From Lytechinus pictus (lineage: Eukaryota), in contig NC_087263.1 in the NCBI RefSeq assembly GCF_037042905.1, positions 10,108,001 through 10,172,000 of the forward strand: a stretch of 64,000 bases of DNA, given 5' to 3'. The position numbers were made by a program, and so were the translations under genes. The notes under the pieces are model-generated. The model worked only from the letters and a program-made list of their open reading frames with translations, had not been told where the DNA came from and did not search any database. Positions 50,473 through 63,716 of the stretch are shown piece by piece (positions within the stretch are counted from its first letter, which is position 1; each line of letters opens with the position of its first letter).

Positions 50473-51313
50473 TTAGAGACTTATAATAAAGTAAGTGTTC
50501 AGCAATATATGAGCAAGTTCAATGACTATTATTATCCTTGATTGTAATGGCTGCTGAACCCTGTTACCATGGTACTTACAATTATGGCAAAGTTACAATA
50601 ATTGTAATTCCTCAATGAGACAGGCCCGCTCTAGTTTCGCAACATCTACGGACTTTTAAAGTCTGTGCTAAATTATGAGAAACCAAAACAGTTTTGATAT
50701 TGTTTTCTCTGTGTCTAATGTTTACTGGATTCTTTTCAGCTTTCACTCCAACACATCTGTTTATGGTAACTCCCTTAGTAACTCGGCAGGACAGTGTTTT
50801 GCTGGTAAACGCCAAGGTGGTATATAACCAATTACCTAGGAAACATTTTACGTCTTGGTTAATCAGTCATAGATGCCGACCTTAAAGACGACAGATATTA
50901 CTCTCCGGTCTTTTTATCAAAGTGGAGACAATGGCAAAGTGCGGATTCAAACTCACAACCTTATGATTAGGAGTCCAATGCTCTAACCACTGGACCACAC
51001 GACCCGTCATGGTTTGAGCATGAAATTATTTGATGATATGAACACCAAGGATTAGAGTGTATTAGAGTGGATTAGAGTAAACCACAAATTGAGACCTGTT
51101 AAATAAATTCAAACCAGAGTTCAGAATAACGATGATAGAGTTTAAATTGTATTACCGAAATCACTTTACTGAGACTCCGGCTAAGATAACAAATCACCAA
51201 ATGAATACTTACAAATAATCAAACGAAATGGCAGTCTAATGTAGAAATGAATATTGTGTGCTAAATGATTCTGGTAATAATGATGAGGATAATATTCCTC
51301 TTCTATACACTAT

Positions 51314-51617
51314 GGCCCATATTCTGAAGTCAGGTTTAACTGAGATCATGGTCTAACGCTTTGCTAAATTTATGGAAGGCCAAACACATCAAAATTTTCA
51401 TTACATTGCATGTTTCTTATGCTTACTGTGCTCTTTCCTAACTCGTGGAATTGTGAAGAAAGTTATCTTTCCGAAACAGTTACAAATGATTTGAGCGAAA
51501 AATGAGCTGATACATTTATATTATATTGTTAGAGATTTACGCAACTATTGGCTGTCCATAGTTAAACCGCAACTTTAAACCAGAGTTTAAATTAAACCCG
51601 ACTTCAGAGTACGGGCC
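51314..51617. mobile_element. Harbinger-like MITE (GGCCCGTATTCTGAAGTC TIR); second copy at 62148-62453
   Basis: ggcccatattctgaagtcaggtttaa / ttaaacccgacttcagagtacgggcc. Confidence 0.7.
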
Positions 51618-52551
51618 TGTATGTTCAACTTTGTCACATTGTAATGAGGTCTCTAAGCATCGAAGAGAATGAGTAAATAATCAGTAATTAGGAAAATACT
51701 GCCTTTAGATGGGTACTTTCTCCAAGGTAGAATAATAACACATAGTTTATTCATGTTGGTGATTTTTAGCACTCTTTTTGGCATTCCTCACTTTCCAGCC
51801 GTTCACAATGTTTGGCTTCTATAAAGGCAGTTAGATAGTCGGGTTGGCGTTTCATAAAGCCGTCAGTAAAATAAATGACTGGAACATGTTCTTAGGTGCT
51901 AAGTCAGTGACACGTCATTAGCCATGTTCCACATGAAACGGTCACCAGTTGTTTGTAACTTAAGAACGGGTTTGTGAAACACCCACCCGTACAGGATTTG
52001 AAATTAAAATCACAAATTCAGCTGCTAATTCATCGTAATCAAAGTTTTTGGAGGCATACAGTTACGGCCAGAGTTTAATGTGCCTAGTGGTCGGTCAAGA
52101 TACCTAAGATTTCTTTTTAAATGTACAACCACGGGCCTACCACTGAAAATTCTCCCGGCAGGATTGGTCTCCATGTGTTGCATGTTGCTATGTTAGGCAA
52201 CTAACCATGGAAATAAACTTTGAACTTTGACATGATGCTTGATGCTCTCATGCACTGCGTATAATGAAATGTCACCATTTTAAGATAGTTTAAAGAATTG
52301 AATTTCATCTGAGAAGTTCATTGGCATGTAACATAAAAGTTAGCATTTGACCGTGGAGCTGATGTCTACCACTGATTATTTTGTATGATTGATTGTAAAA
52401 TATAAGCCTTACGATCAATCGCTAAGCTTTATGTTACAGGCCCCGGGCATTGTTTGACGAAATCAGTAGACTAGCTTAGCAGGGCTAATATAGGAGCACC
52501 TTGAGCCCCTAAAAAGGTGGATACGTGCACTACATAAATCCTATATCATTA

Positions 52552-53146
52552 TTAGAGGACAAGTCCACCCCAACACAAAGTTGATATGAATAAAAAGAGA
52601 AAATTCCAACAAGCATAACACTGAAAATTTCATCAAAATTGGATGTAAAATATGAAAGTTATGACATTTCAAAGTTTCGCTTAATTTCACAAAACAGTTA
52701 TATGCACATCCTGGTCAGTATGCAAATGAGGAGACTGATGACGTCATATACTCACTATTTCTTTTGTATATTATTATATGAAATATTCTAATTTTCTCCT
52801 CATTGTCAAGTGAAACAACGATTAATTCCTCCTGAACATGTGGAATTAGCATTGTTTAATACTATATGGTTCAGTCAAGTTGGTCCTTATAGTCAAATCT
52901 GTAAAAAATGAAATATTGCATAATTCAAACAATAAAAAACAAAAGAAATGGTGACATCATCGACTCTCTCATTTGCATGTCACTGAGTTGTGCATATCAC
53001 TGTTTTGTGAATAATATGTGAAACTTTAAAATGCCATAACTTTCTTATTTTACATCCGATTTTAATGAAATTTTCAGCATTATGCTAGCTTAATTTTTCT
53101 CTATTTATTCAAATCAACATTTTTCTGGGGTGGACTTGACCTTTAA
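52552..53146. mobile_element. Kolobok/T2-like MITE, family A
   Basis: ttagaggacaagtccaccc ... gggtggacttgacctttaa. Confidence 0.8.
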
Positions 53147-54695
53147 TATTACATACTTCGAAAAAAGTTGTGGATACTTCTTGTAGCTTTTTTTTCCAAC
53201 ACACTATTTCATTCCTTGAAATCATAACAGTACAGTGTATATGCAGTTACTATTCAACCTATGGTGAAACTAAAGGGGAGTCCAAAAATTAATTTTCACA
53301 AAATAATTGTGTAGTTCTATGTACAGGATTAACGATTGTGCTATGACTCCAAATAGGATTACATCTCGATAGTATTCTTCCAATTATTGCTAAAGCTCAA
53401 GTCACCCAACACCAGTTACTATACATCCCACAACAACAACAATGGCAAGTAATTATTAAATGATCTCTAACATCGATATTGTACATGTACATATCATTAT
53501 ATGTTTACAAAACAAAAAGCTCTTCTTTGGGATCAAAAGTACATGTAAACAATGCAACAACAATAAAATGAATTAAGAGATCTGGGACCATCTAGACCAA
53601 GATTAGTGATGATCATGCGGTTGATTTGTAAATATTAATTGAACACAATGATCACAGGAATCAATTACAAAAATTAGTCATACAATCGAATGCTAAGTTT
53701 TGTTAAAGGGTCCTAAAGTTCTAATTATTAGCATTCATCTCGAAATAATGGCAATATTTTTAAATTATTTTTCTGCTATTTCTACGATAAACTTTTTGTC
53801 AGGGTGAACTTCCCCTTTAAATTGGTTACCATGAAAGGATGTGATGGTGATCTCTAATGCATAAGATGAATGGAATGAAACAAGGAATGTACTCTCATGG
53901 ATAAACAAATAAACAAAGTAAATAAACACAGTTCCAAGAGAAAAATTTAAGTAGAATACATGAGTATTTAGCTCCATCAAAGACTTCCACACAGGTGTAC
54001 TCCAATTTTGAATTGTGAGACAGGCTGAATAAAAGAATTTCTGCCCAAAAACTGTGCCACAAAGCAGGGGCGTTTCAACAGCAATCAAGTGCGACGAAAA
54101 GAGTACACACGAGATGCAATCAGCTACCTAAAATGGAACTAAGGTCAAATAACTACAAATAAAAAAACTCATCTTGGCTTTGCCTACAATTAAATAATAT
54201 TCAATAAAAAATCTAATTTTTACACCTTGTACAAATGTTACAGTAGGGCAATTCTATAAAATAATAAAATATTATTTAACATCTGACCCTGATTTTCCTC
54301 TATTCTTACTTCACTCAATGAACCACTAATGCCATGATAGCTTGAAAGCATTATAAACAGAGGTACATCATTTTGATTTTCACTGCTATGTCAGGATACC
54401 TGCTGCAAAGGTAGAGCCCACAAATAGGGGTTCCATACCTACCAACCCTCACATCCAAGGAATAGGAACAAATCACAAAGAAGTTTCCAGAAATGGGAAC
54501 ACACAGGTGAAAATGGGAATGTTCCTTTCCCCAAATAAGGAATTTTCCTATTTCATAGAAACACTTGGAAGGTATGAGGATCATACATTTTAATACGTTA
54601 TAGAACTACCCAGTAGGTCTATATTTCTATAAATAAATATATATCATCTTGGACAGTATATACTATAAATCTAAGGTCAGGATACATCGAGGGAG

Positions 54696-54956
54696 TCATT
54701 CCTCTGCTGTCTTGTCTTCTTTCGACGCAAGTTCTTTCTCGTTCGCTCCGTCCCCATCCGTCCTATCTGACATGGCCGCCTCGGCATTGCTTGGAAAGAT
54801 GTGTTCATAGTTGAAGAGTACCGTAGCAATGAAGGAGTTGATCTGTGCCATGGCAGAGAGGGAAGCGGAGGCGTCTTTCGACCACACCAAGTTGGGTCCA
54901 AACACAATTGCAAGGTTGGAGTCGGACATTTGGTTTTCACTGCTATGGCAGGATAC
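54696..54956 (-). CDS. ARHGAP1/ARHGAP8-like Rho GTPase-activating protein, terminal coding exon
   Basis: cacag|GTA; VSCHSSENQMSDSNLAIVFGPNLVWSKDASASLSAMAQINSF...KTAEE* (RhoGAP NxMxxxNLAIVFGPNL motif). 261 nt. Confidence 0.93.
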   Translation of the reverse strand, partial: VSCHSSENQMSDSNLAIVFGPNLVWSKDASASLSAMAQINSFIATVLFNYEHIFPSNAEAAMSDRTDGDGANEKELASKEDKTAEE

Positions 54957-55539
54957 CTGTGGCAAAGTTTGTTTAGGTCAACAAAAGATTGGAATAAGCA
55001 TACATGTATAAAACCTCTGAGCACATTATTAAAAAGGCAATTCATTTTAGAGGTATGACATGACAAAATTGCCTATGGTAAATAAGGTAAGCTTTATGTG
55101 TATGCTTTTTAATATTTTTTTTGTAGTTTAGTTGTTTTCATTCAAATTCTTTACTACTTTGTGGATTTTGTTGATTTTGAAATTTTCTTGCAACCTAATA
55201 AATTGATTGCAAGATGTTTTTTCAGTAATGAATGGTAATCAGGGAGTAGCCTAGATAGGTCTATTTGGCCATTGCTACTCCCTCACATCCATTCATTACC
55301 CTATGTAATTTGTTATTTTTGTTATTTTGTTATTTTACAATATTCATTACTCCATTACTATGGAATCACTTTGATTGATCTGATTTGATGTCGATGCATT
55401 TTGTCTTGTATGTTTTTTTTAGAGATGTGCAATAAATGAATTTGAATTTGAACATCATCCTTACTTCCCAGGGCCATGGCAAAGAAGTATTGCAATGTAG
55501 CTATAATCATGGTTAGTTATGGTAAGACTAAAGTTTAAC

Positions 55540-56130
55540 TTAAAGGAAAATGAAACCCTTCGAACAAGATAGCTTGTGCAAAAACAGAAAAATAAAAGAA
55601 ACAGATAAACAAAAGTTTGAGAAAAATTGAATGTTATGAGTTATGAGCATTTGAAGTTTAGATCATTATTACAATGTTGATCCTTCCATTGGCAATGCAA
55701 CAAATATGTGTGATGTCACATGTGAACAACTTTCCCATTACTATTCTATATATTTCACTTAAAATGTCTCTTTTATCACATCTATCAGAAGATCATGTAT
55801 TCTTTCTTTAGGAGGGCATGTAATACATATTTTCAAAGAATACATTATGGATAAAAAGTTTGTATTACCCTAAGAAAGAGCAAAAATAGACATTTTCGGG
55901 GTATTTTATAGTCCATCAAAGGGAAAGTTGTTCACATGTGACATCACAAATATTTGTCGCATTGCCAATGGGAGGATCTCCATAGCATTAGTGATCGCAA
56001 TATTCAAATGGTCATAACTTTCTCATTATTTGTCCGATATACATGTATCTCAATCTTGCTTTGATCTTATTCTTTGATTTGTCTGTTTTCACAAAAGCCA
56101 ACTTGTTCCAAAGGTTTTATTCCCCTTTAA
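55540..56130. mobile_element. Kolobok/T2-like MITE, family C
   Basis: ttaaaggaaaatgaaaccc ... ggttttattcccctttaa; opposite orientation to 23907-24600. Confidence 0.75.
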
Positions 56131-56149
56131 TCAGAGAGAAATTACAAGA

Positions 56150-56775
56150 TTAACCCTAAAATAGACTGGGCTATTTCAACGCCTAAGAAGACCGAATCTG
56201 AAGCTGAATCAGCCCCCCTTATGATCATGACGAAAATTGGCACGCGCGTTACCCATGGCATAATCTGCTCTGCGAAAAATCTCATTGCTAATTAATTATG
56301 CTAATTTATGTGTAAAATCAAAAGTTTGTTTTAATTAACTAAATAATGCCCCTAAATTGCAAATTTTTGGTTTACACTCTTTATAGGAATCTGATCAAAT
56401 GAACTTTAAAAAAATGTCAACATCACATTTATTTTCTTATGTATTTTAATGTTTTCTAAATTTCTTTACATATTTCTTTGTTTTTAGACTTTTCGATTTT
56501 TGAATTTCAAAGGAAATTGTTGGGGACTTTGTTTTGACCATAAAGATAAAATTAATTGATTTTAATCAGTAAAAGGACAAATAATGATACATTTATGAAG
56601 TTTGGTTAAAAACGCTATTTGCATATGATTTGTACACAAATTCATGTTTTTGAGCAATTTTGGGTCTGCATGCACTTACGAAATGTTGTATAATTTCGGA
56701 ACCGCGTACCCGAGGGTCGTAATTTTGGTCTCAAAAGTTGTGCGAGACTTGAGTCAAGGGTCTTATTAGGGTTAA
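56150..56775. mobile_element. piggyBac-like MITE
   Basis: ttaa|ccctaaaatagactggg ... ttattaggg|ttaa; related to 6265-6997. Confidence 0.7.
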
Positions 56776-57096
56776 AGAAGGGCAAGCATAAGAAATTTAA
56801 ACTCTCCTCTGAGTAGATTGGTAAGGTGTGTTACTGGGTACCAGCAGGAAGTAAGCCCTTAAAAAGCTGTGAGCACCGAAATCGGTTGGAGAGCTTTGCC
56901 AGGGTAGTATAGGAGTGCCTTGAACACCTTACAAGGTAGACATGTGTGTTATACAAATACCCTATATCATCATTATTATTATCAAATTAGTTTACCCCTA
57001 CAACAAGAGCTAAATGAGTTACCTCATTATCTAACTAGTTCATAAATGAGTGTGATTAAGTTTAAACCTGCAATAAAGTATGCTACATTAGTTCAC

Positions 57097-57206
57097 CTCT
57101 CTGAGTAGTTTCACAACGTAGGTAAAGATAAGTCTGTTTTGCTCCGGAAGTCTCTCATGGATTAGCGTCTTACATTCTTCTGCTCTGTCTGTGTTGTCTT
57201 GCAAAT
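57097..57206 (-). CDS. ARHGAP1/8-like RhoGAP exon
   Basis: ttcag|AT; (N)LQDNTDRAEECKTLIHERLPEQNRLIFTYVVKLLRE|gtgaac. 110 nt, phase 1->0. Confidence 0.92.
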
Positions 57207-57305
57207 CTGAAGAAATCATGAATAAAAAAAGGATGACAAAAAGGCTATAAAAAAACAAAGTTTGGGTGCTGTAACCCAACCAATGCCTAAAAACCCTGCT
57301 GACTG

Positions 57306-57901
57306 TTAAAAGGAACAAGTCCACCCCAGCAAAAAGTGGATTTGAATAAAAGAGAAAAATCCAACTAGTATAACACTGAAAATTTCAACAAAATCGGATG
57401 TAAGATAAGAAAGTTATGACATTTTGAAGTTTTGGCTACTTTCACAAAATAGTTATAAGCACATACCATTCGGTATGCAAATGAGGGAACTGATGACATC
57501 ACTCACTCACTATTTCTTTTGTATTTTTTTGTATGAAATATACTAATTTTCTCCTCTCTGCCCTGTGAAACAAAGTTTTATTTTGCCCGGAATTTCCATT
57601 GTTTAATATTTCATGGTTCAGTCAAGTTGGTCTTTATTGTCAAATCTGTAAATATTGAAATATTGTATAATTCAAACAATAGAAAACGAAAGAAATATTG
57701 AGTGAGGGACATCATCGATTCTCTCATTTGCATGTGACTAAATTGTGCATATAACTATTTTGTGAAAAATAAGCGAAACTTTAAAATGTCATAACTTTCT
57801 TATTTTCTATCCAATTTTGATGAAATTTTCAGCATTATGCTTGTCTGATTTTTCTCTATTGATTCAAATCAACATTTTTATGAGGTGGACTTGCCCTTTA
57901 A
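57306..57901. mobile_element. Kolobok/T2-like MITE, family A
   Basis: ttaaaaggaacaagtccaccc ... ggtggacttgccctttaa. Confidence 0.8.
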
Positions 57902-58886
57902 TGTGGTCATTTGAATTTCAACCGGCCCTAGTTTCCATAACTATCTTACCTTTTTTTCATAAAATTGAAGCTGGTAAATGGTACTAGAATATCGTACATA
58001 TTTTGAAGGCTGCTTGTGCATAAGCAACACTCAATCTCCATGGAACAATAGATCTTGGAGCTCTTTCATATAACTGAAAACATAGACTGACCAACCCTAA
58101 CTGTTGTCCTACGTTTCGGCAAACAACAATTTGTTTTAGGCCTTAACTTTGTCTTAATATTCAGAAAAAATTGCTCCACTGGTGTTAAAGCTAAACTAAT
58201 GTAATTGCAGCAAAAAATGATTTGCGATACTCTTAAAATCAAGTTTAATTTTCACTGTATCTTCTTTAAATGAAGCTGTTCGCAACTTATGCATGATTTT
58301 AAGCACAATAGGTCTCGATAACACAAAGATTAGCGATCAATCGATAAATGGACTGACCAATCAAGATCAATGTTAAACGCGCATTTAGTTCAAAACACAG
58401 ACCAGGAACCAATCAGAAGTGTTCTGTCATATTTGCTATTTATCGCTAAGCTTTGTGATACGGGACACAGATGAGTGTTTACTGGGGATCCTTTCTTAGG
58501 TACTAAATCAACGCCTATGGAAATCTAGTGCGTATCACTTACTGCAAGAAATAATCACCAGTCTTTCATAACTCCCTCATAAATTACTAAAACAGCTTTA
58601 TTACACGCCCAACTGGTGGGTGCTTCATAAAGGTGTTTGTAAGTTACAAGGGACCTTACGAATGACTGGTGATTATTTCTTGCAGTTAATGATAAACACA
58701 AAAGTTTCATTAATGTTGATTAAGCATCTAAGAAAGGAGCCATTTGTAAAGTTGCTCGTATCTTACAAATAGCTTTATGAAACATCTACCTGGTAGATGG
58801 TAAATAATATACCGCAAATTTTAATTTGCCTTAATTCAACTCCCTAGAAAGGGCCACCTATAGATTACATACTTGATGAAACTTAC

Positions 58887-59015
58887 TATGAATTTTGAGG
58901 ATATCATCGTAAAGGTCAAAGGTCATGATTGGTTCAGGAAGCTCTCTAAAGAATGCTTTCAGGAGAAGGGCTGGAACGTGGACATCTCCTACATCAGTAA
59001 AGTTGACTGGGTCAC
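58887..59015 (-). CDS. ARHGAP1/8-like RhoGAP exon
   Basis: tgaag|GT; DPVNFTDVGDVHVPALLLKAFFRELPEPIMTFDLYDDILKIH|gtaagt (LKxFFRELPEP motif). 129 nt, phase 1->1. Confidence 0.94.
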
Positions 59016-59917
59016 CTTCATTGGAGAAAACAGAAATGACATGTCAATTGAAAATACAGGTAAAAACGTATATATGTTGGCCTTCCATAAGTCAAATATT
59101 TACCCAAATCAAAACATTTTTTCAGACTGGGGAAGGGGGGGGGGTTAAAAAAAAGAGTTAAGTGTGACTAATGGGGCATTGCAAGAAACTTGCAATCAAT
59201 TGCAAGTCTATTTTCTGACCCTAAATAAAAAATATGTCTGCAATTAATTGCAAATTTGTGATTGATTCCTGATCTTCTCCATGAAACAAGGAGTGTAATC
59301 TGATTTGCTATAGTTCATAGTGATCAATCAATTGTAAAATTGCAACAGCATTTTTGCAATTGATCGCAAATATTTTCTTGCAACACCCCCTAACAAATGC
59401 ACTTAGTTTCCCAGTTGCGTGCGGTATACATGTAGAACGCATCACCGCACTGGTCATATCGTGCTAAAATAATCAATAAGATTGCGCATTACATATCAAG
59501 TGCACTTTGACATCTAAGCATGACTGTATGTCACACTTAACTATTTGTGAAACACCATCCAAGTGGGTGTTTCATAAAGCTTATTTATAAGTTACGAATG
59601 ATTTATAAAGAAAGTTATGAACTTTGAAAAGTTATAAAAAGTTATCATCATTAAACCTATGAGGATTTCAAATTAAAAATAGAAATTAATATTCAGAAAT
59701 ACATGTATATTGATACTTCAGCATTTATCCATTATTACGACCTATCATTCAGTAAAATGACAGAAAGAAAACTCAAACTAGAACCACATTGTAATAACTT
59801 AGTTTGTGATGATCCAAATTTATGGTCGAAAATTTGAATGAACTCCAACGACAGGACTCTACTCCTATGTTTTCTTTCTGTCATTTTAAACGTTTAATTG
59901 TATGCTTTCTAGCTTAC

Positions 59918-59995
59918 CTCTATTGTACATTTCTTGCACTCTCTTGACAGTTATTGCATTAGGGCATCGTCTGAACAGTCCTTCTGTTCTTAAAC
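59918..59995 (-). CDS. ARHGAP1/8-like RhoGAP exon (arginine finger)
   Basis: atcag|GT; LRTEGLFRRCPNAITVKRVQEMYNR(G)|gtaagc. 78 nt, phase 1->1. Confidence 0.94.
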
Positions 59996-61104
59996 CTGAT
60001 ACAAAAATATTCATTATTATTTGATTGGCGTTAGCTGTGCCTAGGAGGTGAAAAGCCAACTGAATCACAATGACCCACAGGTCTCTGTATTAAACTGTTT
60101 GGGGGAGTGCAGGTGGACCACTACATCAGGGTTTCCCCCTACTCTTATAAGAATAGTGCAGAGGATTTCATGTAAATCATATCATCTTGCATTAAAACTG
60201 TAGCAGTACTAAAAAAAAAAACCAAGTCATAATAATTTTCAGCAACATTTTTTACCTTGAGCGATTCCATATTTTTTTATTTAACTTTTTTAAAATAAAT
60301 CCGACCCCCATTTTTTTTGTATTCTCACTTCACCGTAAGAACTGCTTGAGCCTTGATAATTTGAGAAGATTCTTGAATTTAATAGACAAAATTGACAATC
60401 ATTTCAGGAAAGAACCACCAAATAGGGGGTTGGAGGTACAGACTTTATGGAATTGTCTTTTTGTTTTAAATACAAGACTTGGTTTCAGACTTGATTTAGA
60501 AAAAGAAGTTGATGGTATTCAAATGAGATTAACAACAAATTCTGAATGACCCCTGTGTATATTCTTTTTGTAAACAGAAATAAATTTGATTCAGTATGGT
60601 TTATTGCAAACAAAAAATCAACACAAGATACACAACCAAAGGCTGAAATACACAGGTTTACAAAAAGAATATCCAGGGGTCATTCATACTTTCATATGCA
60701 AAAGTAACAAAATGACATAACCAGTACAGATTCATGTTATACTTGAAATAGATAAATGAATTAATTTCCAGACATGCTGTTTACTAGCGGCCAGGAGGTA
60801 AGAGAGAAATTCCCCGCATATTTCTTTGCGAAATTTAGACCGCTTTTGGTGAATTCTTTCCATGTGGTTTTCATTTTTGAAGTATCACAGACACATTACA
60901 GTATACTAGCACTGTGCGCAATGTCAACCCCAAAGTTAGAAATTTGGCCCAGGTCTGCTGCAGCCGATAGATGGCGCATCATATCATGAATCCATCGAAT
61001 TTCACAATATTCTAAGACCATAAACATCATCAACATTTTTTACTAAATCAACGACAACAAAAAAGATTCATTTCCACAGCCTTGACGGTTCAAGAAACAC
61101 TTAC

Positions 61105-61181
61105 CGTTTCTCTTTAGGTATTCAACTGTTTCTCTGACAACTTTGGGTATAGGCTCTTGATCTCCTCCGTTCTCTCTCAGA
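61105..61181 (-). CDS. ARHGAP1/8-like exon (start of RhoGAP domain)
   Basis: ctacag|T; LRENGGDQEPIPKVVRETVEYLKRN(G)|gtaagt. 77 nt, phase 2->1. Confidence 0.92.
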
Positions 61182-61189
61182 CTGTAGAA

Positions 61190-61645
61190 TGGAAAGAAAA
61201 CAAGAGAGAGTTTTATAAATGGTTTTCCTTTCAGTTCTTAAGGAGAGAGAATAGAAAGAATAAAGGAGGAAAGGAAAAGGTGGTGGAGAAAATGAAGGGA
61301 AAGGGAAGAGAGTAAAAGAAATAATATAAGAGAAAAAAAAGGATACTAGAAAGAGGAAGAAGTGGGAGGAGGATAAGGAAAGTGAGAAGAGGTAGTTAAG
61401 GAGAGGAAAGAGAAGGACAAGAAATAAAGAAGCTGAAGAAGTGGACAAAGAAGGATCAAGAGCAAGAGGAGGAGAAAGAGGAAGAGGAAGAAGAAGAGGA
61501 AGAAGGAGAAGAATAATGAGGGGGAGGAGAAGGAGAAGTTGCTCAAAGCATGTTTTGGGATTACTTGAGTTTGACTTCAAGAAAAAGAAGAAAAAGAAAG
61601 AGGAGGAGAACAAGAAGGAGAAAGAGGAGAAGAGAGAGGACAAAT
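61190..61645. repeat. Polypurine (GAA/GGA)-rich low-complexity tract filling an intron
   Basis: Mostly A/G on the plus strand. A similar tract lies at 45190-45330. Confidence 0.8.
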
Positions 61646-61662
61646 AGAATAACGGTACTTAC

Positions 61663-61794
61663 TACTGCAACGAAACTCCAAACTGCTGAGTTGGCAGTGT
61701 CTGTTTAGTCTGTACTTGACCATCTGTGTTGGTTGCATATTTTGGGGTATTGGTGTGTTTAGCTTGATAGTGTGCTTGTAACTGATCATCATGA
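61663..61794 (-). CDS. ARHGAP1/8-like linker exon
   Basis: ttccag|T; HDDQLQAHYQAKHTNTPKYATNTDGQVQTKQTLPTQQFGVSLQ(Y)|gtaagt (LPxQQFGVSLQ motif of the ARHGAP1/8 family). 132 nt, phase 2->2. Confidence 0.92.
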
Positions 61795-62622
61795 CTGGAA
61801 AAAAAAACGATAATAAAAACAAAAATTATATATAAATTATTTCTGAACATCCAAATCTCACTTATCATAAATCCATTACCTCTCATATAGGTTTTCATTC
61901 ATGAGCATACAAATTTTTACAATCAAATTCCCATCAATATGAAAAGGTGAATTTTAGCATCTTTTCTGGTAGATTCAAAGCTTATACCCTCAATAACAAT
62001 ACCTGAAAATCAAAACATAAAAAATTAAGAACCTTGTGTAGCTTACAAAATATGAAAATTCCATGGGGGAGAGGTTTTCCTTTCATCCCATACGGTCCAA
62101 AAGTAAACAAAATAGCAAAATGGTTATGCTTTTTGTCGTTCAAATATGCCCGTATTCTGAACTCAGGTTTAAATTAAACCCTGGTTTAAAGTTGTGGTTT
62201 AACTATGGAGAGCCAATTGGCACACAAATCCCAAACAGTACACCTTCAATTTATTAACTCATATGACACCCAAATCATTCATAATTGTCTGGGAATGATA
62301 GCTGAAGTATTTTTCTTTATTATGAAAGCAAAAGCAAAAGTAAACATAAGAAATATACAACATAAACAGATTTTTAAAATGTTTTTGCTTCCCATAATTT
62401 TAGCACAGAGTTAGACCATGGTCTAAATTAAACCTGACTTCAGAATACGGGCCATAGTGTTTAAATATTTTTAATCGACCATCATCAGGCGCGTATCCAG
62501 CATCAGATCCTACAAAGCATTTCATGGGCCCAATTGTCTGGGGACAATAGTGACTCTATTATGCTTGTGCATGGGCCCATACAATTCTTTGTCATAGTTG
62601 ATGCTGGATACGCTAGTGATCA

Positions 62623-63023
62623 TAAAGGTAAATTCCAGTTCTGGTAACGATCTCAAAATGACTTTTTACATAATCTAATATAATGACCACCCAAGTGTCT
62701 GTTTGTATGAATAAAAAATATGTGCCAAAGGATTCTGGAAGAAATTGTGTAATTGCTGAGAAATAAGCAAATAAGCGCGGATTCGGTCACTTCCGTCGGG
62801 TCTTTATTCCAGCAATAATAATACACTGTCCCACGTGTGCCTATCTGTGTTGGCGATCTTCAGTGTGATCGTATTTCAGCTTAGATTTTATGATTTCACA
62901 AAGTTCAGTTTATGTAACTGTACCAGATCTAGATCCACGATGATATAGTAATACTTAACCTTGGTTTTACAGACTTTCTCACGAAATCAGTATTTTACTG
63001 CAACTACTGTTATTTAGCTTTAA
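62623..63023. mobile_element. Kolobok/T2-like MITE, family E
   Basis: taaaggtaaattccagt / actgttatttagctttaa termini. The internal ttgctgagaaataagcaa also occurs at about 810. Confidence 0.55.
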
Positions 63024-63082
63024 GGACATGATCTGCTGCTATTCAAAATGGTGTTGAACATACTGATGTTTATAACATTTAC

Positions 63083-63268
63083 CTCTTGATAACTGCAGGA
63101 ATCTCAACTTTCTTCATATCCACCGTTTCCCCGAGCTCCGACAGGAAGTGGATGTACGTCACCTTGCGACTGAATTTCACACTTACGATGTGACGGAAAA
63201 TACCCCAGATCATCTTGACGATCTGAGATGGATGCACAATGTACAATGCCTTCAAGTTCTTCTTATAC
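63083..63268 (-). CDS. ARHGAP1/8-like exon, C-terminal part of the BCH (Sec14-like) domain; upstream exons lie outside the window
   Basis: ttttag|G; YKKNLKALYIVHPSQIVKMIWGIFRHIVSVKFSRKVTYIHFLSELGETVDMKKVEIPAVIK(S)|gtaaat (YKKNLKALYIVHP motif). 186 nt, phase 2->2. Confidence 0.94.
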
Positions 63269-63716
63269 CTAAAACATAAACAAAAGAAATGAAAGTCAAC
63301 GAGGTCAATTCTAGTGTTAGATCAAAATAAAATTATCTGCATATACATATGTGCATTAATATTTTGGATAAATACCCCTACCTGTACAAGAACTCTTCGA
63401 CAGCATGGAATGGGGACAAAAGGTCAGGATATATTTTTGTCTATAGCTTTAATGGATATCCAATCACTAAATTTGCCAAGTGTTCAAAGGGTCCTTTTTA
63501 AAGGTAAAAAATCTTAACCTAGAGAGGGTGCTAGATATCCAACAATTCAAATTTTCACAAAGAATTAAATTGATAACAAAAATTCAATTATAAAAGATAG
63601 CCAGATACAGAGTATAATTAACATTATTTACCCTTTAGTCCTTTACCAAGGCTTAGCACAGTCTTCAGCTGTACACACATGTGCTTTGCATTTATAATTG
63701 TTTTGATCTTGCTACT

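Noticed and set aside
61122..61647. Hydrophobic F/S/L-rich and basic R/K/E-rich ORFs
   Set aside because: Translations of an intronic polypurine low-complexity tract.
63181..63186. Consensus GTAAGT donor inside the BCH exon
   Set aside because: Using it gives phase 0 against a phase 2 next exon, while BCH homology continues in frame to the donor at 63082.
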